In this document: positions 55,901 to 64,000 of the stretch, in pieces
Layout of the letters: each line of letters begins with the position of its first letter
Position numbering within the stretch: the stretch's first letter is position 1
NCBI RefSeq assembly: GCF_036321535.1
Contig: NC_087462.1
Coordinates: 11,284,001 to 11,348,000, forward strand
From: Camelus dromedarius
Taxonomy: Eukaryota
Length of the DNA stretch: 64,000 bases
Direction of reading: 5' to 3'
Notes under the pieces: model-generated
Told to the model about the DNA's origin: nothing
The model's input: the letters and a program-made list of their open reading frames with translations, nothing else
Database searches by the model: none
Position numbers and translations under genes: made by a program

Positions 55901-58612
55901 ACAAAAGCACAGTTTTGCAATCGCACAGGAAGCCTAGTTTGAATCTCTGCTGGGTAACCTTGGGTAAGTTCCTCAGCATCCCTGGGTCTCAGCTTCCTCA
56001 TCAGCAAAATGGTGCTGATGGTAACAGTGCATCCCGTGGGGGGTAGTGGATGGAATGATGCATGGAGGGTCCCCTTACCTGATAGTAATCTCTTTTCTGC
56101 TGGGCCACTGTCTCCAGGGCCAGGGTTCCCAGGCTGAGGTCATGCTCCAGAAACAGGGCGTAGATGTACTGCAGTGGCATGTGGCTCTGGTGTGGGAGGG
56201 GGAGGGTGATGGGTGTTGGAGGATGCTGAGGCTCTAGGAGGGTCTGGCTGGGGTTCTGGAGGGCCTGGGCCCTGGGGAGGTCTGCTCATGGCTACCTGCT
56301 GGTGGATTGTCATTTTGCCAGCCTCAGCGATCTTCATGATGCTTTTGGCAAACTCCAGCTCTGGAGGCAGATAGCAGGGGTCTGAATCAGGCAGGGTGTG
56401 GACACTGCCTGCAGCCTGGGACCTGGCAGAAGGGGCTCTCACCATGGCTGGCTCTCTTCTCAGTCCAGGACAGCAGCTCCTTGGCATAGCGGCTCCAGGT
56501 CTTGGCATAGTCCAGGGCTGCATCCACGCCCCCCTTGGTCCGAATGAGCCGCAAGTCCAGTTCCTCCCCTGTGGCAGACGAATGGACCTCTGACCTCTGA
56601 ACTCTCCCTTGGACGCCTTTCCTGAGTCCTCAGACTATACTGGTGGCCCCTGTTCTACACCCTATGGCTCCCCAAACACCTCTTTGCTTTCACATGTCCA
56701 GGCTGAAATTTTACACTGATTATCCACCCACACTGGGAGCTCCCTGAGGACAGGTGTTCAGATCTGCTGTGTGCACTGCTGTCCCCAATTCATGGAACAA
56801 GTAGTTGGTGATTACTTGTTGATGGAAGGACCCTTTTCTGCCCCTACTCCCCTGGCCTCAAATTCTCCTACCTGTAAGGGGTGCAGGACCCTCTGCGGAG
56901 GAGACACTCCAATGGCTGGTTTCACTGGTCTGAGAGGGAGGGAGACAGCACTCAGGAACAAGCGGAGCAGGAGCCCCACCTCCGTAAATCTCCTCCTTCC
57001 AGAGGCCTCCCTCCTCTCTGCCCCCTTGGTCTTGCCCCTCACCGAAGTGGCTGTGGGGGTCTTGTCAGGTTCTGGGTCTCCTGAAAGCACAGGGTCTCCA
57101 GCCAGCATCTCAAAGGTCCTGGGAGGTAACAGTGTCAGGATGCCACCCTCCACCCAGCCTGTCTCACCTAAGGATGCTGGGGACCCCCAGGGCAGTTTGG
57201 GGTTGGTCCTGAATATCACCTCTGTGACATTTAGTGTATCTGGGAGTCCTGAGGGATAAGGTTTTGGGGGAGGAAGTAGGTGATTTTTTTTAATGGGACT
57301 TGAGATAGAATTTGAAGGGTCCCAGGTAATTTTGGGGTTCATAAAGTGGGGTAAGGTTCTCAAATATTTTAAGGGGGACCACTTTGGTGATTTCTAGTGG
57401 ATTTGAGGGGTTGAATTTTGGGATCGTCAGGTGTTTTGGAGGGCCCTATCTTAGACTTCTTGGGTTATTAGGTAAGTGGATCCAGAAATTGCAGGTCCTT
57501 AACAGCGTTAGGGATATGGGGGATCCTGGCAGAAAATGGGGGTGACCCAGGCTCAGACTCACACGTTCCCCAGTGAGATCTCGAGGTTGTCCAGGCTCCG
57601 GAAGATATCGCTGTACCTCTTTCTGCTCTCTGGAGCCGGGGGTAGCCCTTGGGGAGGGGAGTATCACACATGGGCCAATGGAAGCCTCCCTCCACCCACA
57701 GCAGCTTGGTTGGTTGTTTGGCGGGTGAGAGGGTGAGAGAGAGAGAGGGAGAGAGAGAAAGAGAATTCTGGCCCCCGGGGGGGGGGGAGTGTGGGATGGG
57801 GTGGGTATCTGAGCTGGGACAGAGGGAGCTTGGGCTTTGGTGGCACCGACTCTGGGCAGGCAGATGAACTCAGGCACAACCCAACACAGAGACAGCTGCT
57901 CAGAGAAGCAGAGACACCACATATGCACGGGCCCAGAAGCAAAGTGACAAAACAGATGTCCCAGATACAGCCATACTGTCTCCGGGGAGAGAGCTGGCTT
58001 GACAATGGGACCACATGGACCTCGGGCTAGACAGATGGAAATGCACGTGGGACAAACCGGCATAAGGGCCTGCGGCAGAAACACACAGGCAGACTGAAAC
58101 CAGGAGAGGCATGAAGACCAGATGACACAATGTGCACAGCAGAGACACAAAGACAGGAAGAAACAAACTCGGACCTTGCCACATTTCTGCCGCAGGCACC
58201 CCTTCTAGGGGGCCCAAATCAGCATTTCCCCCTCCCGGGGCAATGGAGGAGCCGGGTGGGGATCCTGCCGCGTTGCCCTCTCCATCAGCGGTCGTGACAC
58301 CCTGCCCCCATCACAAATATCAGAAGCAGAAGCAGCCACTTCCCCTTCCTGGCCCCCCTCCCCCAGGCATCCGGGGTGAAAACTCCAAAGGGGAGGGGGT
58401 CAGGGACTGGTGTCCCCGGCCCCTCCTCAGGTTGGGGGGTCCCCACAGTGAAGGATCCCCGTGTCCTGGGAATTCAGTAACTCCTCTCCCAGCTTTTGAA
58501 CGGAGAGGGGCAGGGAGGGGGTGCTCATTGATTTAGTAAGGAGGGTATTGTCGGAGGAGGCCCCTCTCGGATCCCATAACCCGGACGGCCTACCCGGCTC
58601 CGTTGTGTCCAT
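49551..58612 (-). CDS. GMIP: GEM-interacting protein (F-BAR, C1, RhoGAP), 21 exons, 960 aa
   Basis: The 21 exons total 2883 nt, all GT-AG with matching phases. C1 domain ([18 protein letters not shown]...CHKRC), RhoGAP arginine finger [23 protein letters not shown]. Confidence 0.97.
50034..50100 (-). CDS. GMIP: GMIP exon 20
   Basis: [22 protein letters not shown]. Confidence 0.9.
50790..51250 (+). mobile_element. L2a 3' end in GMIP intron 19
   Basis: ctgttccctttgcctggaacac...cctagaacaatgcttggcatatagtagg. Confidence 0.75.
51476..51863 (-). CDS. GMIP: GMIP exon 19
   Basis: [28 protein letters not shown]...HPEVMPPE; donor GAG|GTAAGA. Confidence 0.95.
52190..52386 (-). CDS. GMIP: GMIP exon 18
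   Basis: [19 protein letters not shown]...[11 protein letters not shown]. Confidence 0.96.
52489..52626 (-). CDS. GMIP: GMIP exon 17 (arginine finger)
   Basis: [22 protein letters not shown]...[10 protein letters not shown]. Confidence 0.96.
52730..52918 (-). CDS. GMIP: GMIP exon 16
   Basis: [19 protein letters not shown]...[21 protein letters not shown]. Confidence 0.95.
53138..53292 (-). CDS. GMIP: GMIP exon 15 (C1 start)
   Basis: [52 protein letters not shown]. Confidence 0.95.
53364..53441 (-). CDS. GMIP: GMIP exon 14
   Basis: [26 protein letters not shown]. Confidence 0.93.
53665..53819 (+). mobile_element. Camelid SINE (Vic-1 type) in GMIP intron 13
   Basis: Imperfect 15-bp TSD aagagaatg..tca at 53650-53664 and 53820-53834. 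Confidence 0.85.
53972..54049 (-). CDS. GMIP: GMIP exon 13
   Basis: [26 protein letters not shown]. Confidence 0.88.
54124..54230 (-). CDS. GMIP: GMIP exon 12
   Basis: [36 protein letters not shown]. Confidence 0.92.
54551..54738 (-). CDS. GMIP: GMIP exon 11
   Basis: [20 protein letters not shown]...[14 protein letters not shown]. Confidence 0.94.
55082..55219 (-). CDS. GMIP: GMIP exon 10
   Basis: [20 protein letters not shown]...GDEVLRR. Confidence 0.95.
55314..55484 (-). CDS. GMIP: GMIP exon 9
   Basis: [21 protein letters not shown]...[12 protein letters not shown]. Confidence 0.95.
55561..55641 (-). CDS. GMIP: GMIP exon 8
   Basis: [27 protein letters not shown]. Confidence 0.95.
55920..56060 (+). 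mobile_element. MIR SINE in GMIP intron 7
   Basis: accttgggtaagttcc...tctcagcttcctcatcagcaaaatgg. Confidence 0.65.
56079..56186 (-). CDS. GMIP: GMIP exon 7
   Basis: [36 protein letters not shown]. Confidence 0.95.
56296..56360 (-). CDS. GMIP: GMIP exon 6
   Basis: [22 protein letters not shown]. Confidence 0.95.
56443..56568 (-). CDS. GMIP: GMIP exon 5
   Basis: [42 protein letters not shown]. Confidence 0.95.
56872..56929 (-). CDS. GMIP: GMIP exon 4
   Basis: [19 protein letters not shown]. Confidence 0.85.
57043..57118 (-). CDS. GMIP: GMIP exon 3
   Basis: [25 protein letters not shown]. Confidence 0.92.
57563..57647 (-). CDS. GMIP: GMIP exon 2
   Basis: [29 protein letters not shown]. Confidence 0.93.
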
Positions 58613-58900
58613 GGCCCGGCCTGAGGATTGCTCGGCTGGGACGGGGACTGGGATGCGATCGCGCGGGCGCCGTTGGGGCCCAGCCCCGATTTCCTGCAGC
58701 CGCCGTCGCCGCCAGCCGAGTCCCACGTCGCCCCGCCCCACACCGTGGAGGGCCCGCCCCCGACAACGCCTTTGCCGGTCGGCCACACCCCCTAGCCCCG
58801 GAAGCGCGGACCGCGCCCCCTGTCCCAGACGCGGGGAATGCGGTTGGGCCAGGGCCTTCTGAGGCACTGGCCAAAATGATTCCATCCCAGTCAGGGTTCC
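58540..58900. promoter_or_regulatory. GMIP CpG-island promoter
   Basis: CpG-rich, GC boxes near 58730 and 58755, ETS-type CCGGAAG near 58798. Confidence 0.8.
58594..58612 (-). CDS. GMIP: GMIP exon 1
   Basis: gccATGG Kozak, MDTTEP, donor G|GTAGGC. Confidence 0.88.
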
Positions 58901-60324
58901 CGTTACCGGCTCTCTGCAGGTTCCCAAAACCCCAGCACACTCCCTCTATAGTGAGCCCACGGAGTCGGGCTGGCCCGAGAAGCCTCCTGTCGCCAAACCT
59001 TCCACATTTTATGACCCAGTGACGCCCCCGCCAAGGGTCTCTTGGACCTCTGAACCCATCCCAGCCCGACTGGGGCCATGGGAGCCCCCTAGTGGAGGTC
59101 GATGTCCTGCCGGATTCCAGCCCACTTTCAAATCCTCTAACACTCTGCGGCTGCATACACTACTAGGGGACCCCCGGTAATGCTCAGTGCTGTATCAGGC
59201 TCTTGAGGCCCTGATCACAGCGCAGCTAGAGCAACCCTAGCGCCCCTCTCAGGCACGGAGGGCAGAGACCGTTGTATTGAGCCCCCCCAAAATCCCCAGC
59301 AGACCCTAAGTCCAGAGTGCTCCCCTTCTGATGGCTTTAAATTGCCTTAAATTGTCTTCTGGATTCCACATGGCCACAGCAGCCCCTATGCTGGGTGGGG
59401 TCTGGCACCCCTACCCCTCCAGAAACCCTGGACAGTGCTCAGGGCCCACGTGATGCTCACAGCTGGTCCCTGCCCCTTCCCTGCTTTGGCTCCCAGGGCT
59501 TTCCTTGGGCTGTTTGCCACACTCTTGATGGGGAAGCCAGTCAGGGATGGGCTGCTGAGGATGACCAAGGGGCAAGGGCAGGAAAAGGCAGAGAGCTCCT
59601 CACTGAGCGAAGGGCGAGGTTGTCCAGAAGCCTGGGCCTGGGTTCCCTGGCCTAAGGTGGTCACATGCAGAATGTCAAAGTTATAAAAATGCACCCACAC
59701 CACATACTCTGGCATTTCTGGCTGGAAACAAAGTTTTTGGCTGTTGAGAAGGCAAGGAATCTGACTGTTGCTTCACTTTTGTGCTACCTACTCCACAATT
59801 CCTGAGCTGCAGCTGCGTGAGCAGCTTTTGAAAGGAAGGATAGTATCAGTAAAAGAGTCAGGCTGTAGGTCAAAGTCTGGCTGTGATGTGACAAGGCAAT
59901 GGCACTCATGTGGCACAGAACCCTGAGTGGGACCCGAGTCAGTATTTGTAATGATTCAGACTAAACTTCCTCATCCTAAGACACCATGAGAGGAAGGCAT
60001 GCTGTTATTTTGCAGATTATTGAAAAGGGAAAAATGCCAATGATCCTAAGACTCCCCTCAGTGCCTGAGGTTGTCAAAATGTGAAGCCAAGAGACCACAA
60101 AAATGTGGCAGTGCTTGTGAAACCAGGAAATGTGCAGAGCTCTCTGGGCTCTGAGCTTGGCCTGTCCAAGAGCTGAAATGTGTTGCAGAGGGAGATTAGA
60201 ACTTCACATGGCCCAGGAGGGTGCCAGGACCTTCCTCAGTGAACACCCTGCCTCCCACCCACCCAATGACCCCTTCTGTGGCAGAGAGAGATGGAGGCAG
60301 AGCTTTTAAAATCATGGATGCTGC

Positions 60325-60330
60325 TTTATT
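60325..60330 (-). terminator. Probable ATP13A1 polyadenylation signal
   Basis: AATAAA on minus, about 200 nt after the stop. Confidence 0.75.
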
Positions 60331-60531
60331 TACCAAAGGTGCTGGCCCAGGGCTGGTTCTGCCAGCCAGGCCCTCAGACGGCCATAGTAGGTAGGGTGGG
60401 GGTGTCCCAGTTCAGTCTTGGTGGGCAAGGCCAAACCAGCCTCACCGTGGGGGCAGTGTTCCCTCCTGGGGCCCTTGTAGGGCTCCTGCCCAGCGGCAGC
60501 AGGGTGGGCAGCAGGTGCCAGCACCGCCGTC

Positions 60532-60642
60532 TCAGGAAGGCACTTTCAGCTTTGGGGTCCCCAGGAAGAACTGCAGGACGCGGTCGGCCAGGAGTGCCAA
60601 GCAGAAGTCCAGGAGCAGGACCTGGGCGATGACCAGCTTGAA
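60532..60642 (-). CDS. ATP13A1: ATP13A1 last exon (coding part)
   Basis: [36 protein letters not shown]. Confidence 0.96.
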   Translation of the reverse strand, partial: FKLVIAQVLLLDFCLALLADRVLQFFLGTPKLKVPS

Positions 60643-63600
60643 CTGTGGAGCAGGGAGTGCTGGTGAGTCGGGTGCCTGCTGATGGATCCAGGTTGAGTCC
60701 CAGGACCATGTCTAAGGGGCCACTCACCTCCACAGGGATGTCCACGAGTCCAAACTGGCTGTTGAAGTCAGGCGAGGAGCCAACTAGCAGGCCCACGATG
60801 GCCAGGAGAGACACGGCCAGGCTCCACACCAGAGGCCTGTTCTCGGGCAGGCTCTCCATGAAGGGTGGGCCCTGTGGGGACAAATGGATAGACAGCTGTG
60901 TGTTGTGGGGGCCCAGAGGGTGGGCAGGGTGTGCTCAGGCAGGGGCCAGGCCTCACCTTGTAGTTGATGGCGAAGGTGGCCATCTGCATGGCCATGGCCA
61001 TGATGTACACTGTGCTGTTGACTAGGCTTGGCTCAAATTCTTTGTACAGGTCCACAAACTGCTCCTGCCTGCAGGGACACATGGGGGTCAGGGCCCCTGC
61101 AGAGAGCTAGGGCTCTGCCTGGCAGACCCTGCTGGCCTGGCCCTGGTCACCCAGGCCAACGCCAGTGTGTTCTTCCTGCCACCCTCTACCACAGGGATGC
61201 TGCCTCCTTTGGGAACACCCCATCCTACCCCAATGCAGGAACTCACTTCTCAGGGCTCCGGGCCTGGGCCTCACTGTACAGGTAGACGAGACTCACGAAG
61301 TGCACGCAGAACTGGAGCAGGACCGTGAGGATGGTATAGAGGTTGAAGATGTTGGGCAGGGGCCGCTCTCGGGAGAGGGTCTTGAGGGGCTGCAGCAGCA
61401 GGGTGGAGGTCAGGGCCCAGGCTCACCCTCCGGTCACCTGCCTACCCTGCTTCGTGGCAGGACTTATAGAGAGTAGTCACCAAACTCTGGGGGTTATGGG
61501 TTGGCACCAGTCTCCAGAACCCTGTGCACCCTCTAGACCTGCAGCCCAGATGCCATCCCGGCTTTGCTCAATGCCTAGGCTCTGTGCAGCAGCCACAAGG
61601 GGCTTAAGTTCCACCCCATCCTGGCTCTGGAATAAACTTAAAGCCCTCATTGTGGCTTATGGGGCGTGCATGGTCAACCAGTCCACCTCCCATCCTCCTT
61701 AGCCACCAGGGCCTCCTCGCATCAGCCCATGACCATCTTCGGAACATGCCCTTTCCTCCTAGCTCCTGTCCGGCTCCCACATTGGTTATGCACTGGTCTG
61801 AATGTCAGCATCACACAGGCTTCCCTGACCCATCCTGAGGCCACTCCCCACAGCCCGTGTGACTCACTTGGTGTTTTTCTCAGCACTGCGTACTTTCTGA
61901 GTGGCCTTGGTATTTGTTTCCCCCAGCTTCCCTCCACACCTGTGTGGCCCACCCGAGAATGCAGCCTGTGGACAGTGCTGGGTCCAAGCTGTGACACTCT
62001 GAAGCGCCTCAGAGGGCACCTACCCTGCCCCGATTCCCATTTGTAACTTGGGGATGACGGTTCCCACCCTGAGGGCTGCTGTGAGAACAAAACGGACAAG
62101 CAGTGACGCCTGCAAAAGCCTGCTCTGGCCTGAGCGTTACTGGTCATCAATCCAAAAAGCCTCCCAGCACCACCGGGGCAGGCGCTATGGCTCAGAAAAG
62201 CACAGGGCACTGGGGGCTGGGGCGGGAGCTCCTGCTTTGCTCAGGGTCCTGGCCCACCTTGGAGCGGGAGATGAAGAGGAAACAGCCGGCCAGCAGCAGC
62301 CCCTGCAGCGTGGCCTGGAAGTCACTGAACTTGACTCCCTCCAGGTAGAGGACACTCTGGCTGTAGGCCAAGATGAGGGCATTGAGCGCCAGGATCTTGA
62401 ACATCTGCAGTGTGGTCACCAGCGTGCAGCGGCCCTGCTTGATCACGTGGCAAACTGTGAGGGAAGGCAGGTGTGGGCATGGGTCCAGGTGGGACGGGTC
62501 TAGGGATGGGACAGGGGAGGAGCAGGGAGCAGGACTCACTGCACTGGATGGAGGAGAGCTTGGAGGTGAAGGGCGCTGCGATGCTGGCATCCCCCAGCTT
62601 CACGATGGGTGTGCTCTCGTCCTCCAGGTCCCGCAGCACCTGGCTCAGGCGGTCCTGTGAGGCAGGCAGCAGGGGGTGAGACCTGACCACAAGGGGGCGC
62701 TAGTGCTCCCCTTCTGAGACTCACCCGATGGGAGGCCAGCTGCTCCTCCGGGGGTGGGAGCCCAGACCTCTGCTTGGCCGCCCTGGAGGTGGCCCTGCCT
62801 CCACTGTTGCTCAGGACGGGGCTGTCCCGGGGCCGCCGCCGCCGCTCGATGACCCGCTCAGGAGCGTTGGCCAGGAGGGCCACACCTGGTGGGAGAGTGT
62901 GTGTCAGGAGCCAGAGGGAGCCTGTCACCCCAGGCACCCCCGGTCTGTGAGGCCAGCATGGAGCATAGACCGGAGGGTCTGCTCAGTGCAGCTAGAGACC
63001 TCCCCATCTCACCCGACCACCCATCCCCAGAAGTGCCTCAGAGAGCCTGTCTTACTTTCCACAAACTACCTGAAAAACAAAACCCAGATAAAGCATGTAA
63101 CACTAGATAGATCAAAACTGATTTCCAACAAAGGGGGTTCCCACTCTCCCAGAGGTCCTGGTGGCCCCTGCCACACTGTTCCTCACACACTTGTGTCCCT
63201 TCCTGGCCTTAGAGCCCTTCGGATCCCTAGTCCCACTGGCCCCTGACCCATCCCCTCACTACTGCCTCCTGGCAGAACTTGCCCAGTGATGTGTCCCTGA
63301 TGCTAAGCCAGTGTTGGCAGACAGTTAAGGAAGAAACAGCCCTCAAGCCCAGGGCTCACCCACGTCAGCGTGCTTCAGGGCACCCACGTCATTGGTGCCA
63401 TCCCCACACATGAGGGTCACGTAGCCCAACTCCTTCAGGCTGGTGATGACAAACTCCTATTTGGGCAGAGATGGGCCAAGTGAGGGCTGTGTGCTGTCCC
63501 CAGGGCTCTGCCTGCCCTCTGCCACCCCTGGTACCCACCTTCTGTTTGGGGGCCACTCGGGCAAACACCTGCACGTAGGGGATGAGGCGAAGCAGCAGCT

Positions 63601-63738
63601 GGGGGTCCTCAGTCTGCAGGTGGGCCAGGCCATCGCCCGTGAGGCACAGTGCATGCTCCAGGGCCAGCGCCTTTGGGGAGCCTTGGGCCAGGGGCAGCAC
63701 AATGCTGCCATCGATGGAGCGCCACTCGCATGGTTGAC
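60532..63738 (-). CDS. ATP13A1: P5A-type ATPase 13A1, last nine coding exons (5'-partial)
   Basis: join(63738-63539,63456-63360,62885-62725,62654-62540,62454-62258,61389-61247,61068-60957,60871-60728,60642-60532). [28 protein letters not shown]-domain hinge, C-terminal TM helices. Confidence 0.97.
60728..60871 (-). CDS. ATP13A1: ATP13A1 penultimate exon
   Basis: [18 protein letters not shown]...FGLVDIPVE. Confidence 0.96.
60957..61068 (-). CDS. ATP13A1: ATP13A1 exon (3rd from last)
   Basis: [37 protein letters not shown]. Confidence 0.96.
61247..61389 (-). CDS. ATP13A1: ATP13A1 exon (4th from last)
   Basis: [27 protein letters not shown]...QARSPEK. Confidence 0.95.
62258..62454 (-). CDS. 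ATP13A1: ATP13A1 exon (5th from last)
   Basis: [26 protein letters not shown]...CFLFISRSK. Confidence 0.96.
62540..62654 (-). CDS. ATP13A1: ATP13A1 exon (6th from last)
   Basis: [38 protein letters not shown]. Confidence 0.96.
62725..62885 (-). CDS. ATP13A1: ATP13A1 exon (7th from last)
   Basis: [23 protein letters not shown]...EEQLASHR. Confidence 0.95.
63360..63456 (-). CDS. ATP13A1: ATP13A1 exon (8th from last)
   Basis: [32 protein letters not shown]. Confidence 0.96.
63539..63738 (-). CDS. ATP13A1: ATP13A1 exon (9th from last)
   Basis: [17 protein letters not shown]...[12 protein letters not shown]. Confidence 0.95.
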
Positions 63739-64000
63739 CTGCAGGGCCAGCGCCCAGGGTCAGGGATAGGGCACAGCTACTCAGGTGGACTTCCTCACTT
63801 GAACCCCACATGTGCAGTTCTAGCCTGTCCTCTCTGGAGCACCTTTGCGGCCCCCATCCCACCTTATTCCTCCCAACCCCGATCCATACCAACCTGTACC
63901 CCAGACCCTGGGCACCCCGCAGAGGGCATCCACAGAACCTTAGACACAGACAAAGGATCTGAAAACCCAGGGCTTGGGCCACTGACCTAAGATCATATGA

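Noticed and set aside
58132-59156. Overlapping 110-190 aa ORFs at the GMIP promoter
   Set aside because: CpG-island artefacts; only the 19-nt exon 1 is coding.
1-64000. CRISPR array, rRNA, operons or prokaryotic defence systems
   Set aside because: The sequence is spliced mammalian DNA; there is no regularly spaced repeat-spacer array or rRNA similarity.

Overview
Mammalian genomic DNA, almost certainly a camelid: it carries 11 copies of the tRNA-derived Vic-1-type SINE. It is a draft assembly with five short N gaps. The window is syntenic with human 19p13.11 and holds four tandem minus-strand genes. From right to left: (1) the last nine exons of ATP13A1 (P5A-ATPase; the gene continues past the window end); (2) complete GMIP (21 exons, 960 aa F-BAR/C1/RhoGAP); (3) complete LPAR2 (351 aa GPCR); (4) PBX4 (8 exons, TALE homeodomain, about 380 aa; part of exon 3 lies in an N gap). 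I traced all exon boundaries by hand, and the reading frames join without internal stops. The two long PBX4 introns are filled with L1, L2, MIR, MER, MLT and ERV1 solo-LTR remnants. No prokaryotic system, CRISPR array or true RNA gene is supported. The most notable unexplained signals are non-coding or candidate transcripts: a MEIS site plus a palindromic PBX-HOX site inside PBX4 intron 1; strand-polarised RGGTCA arrays in GMIP introns; tandem GAS sites beside a MER41-like LTR; an R-to-Q change in the PBX4 homeodomain basic arm; and two chains of in-frame plus-strand exon-like segments at the PBX4 3' end. These are hypotheses from sequence reading alone. Repeat family names come from recalled consensus similarity, not a database search.
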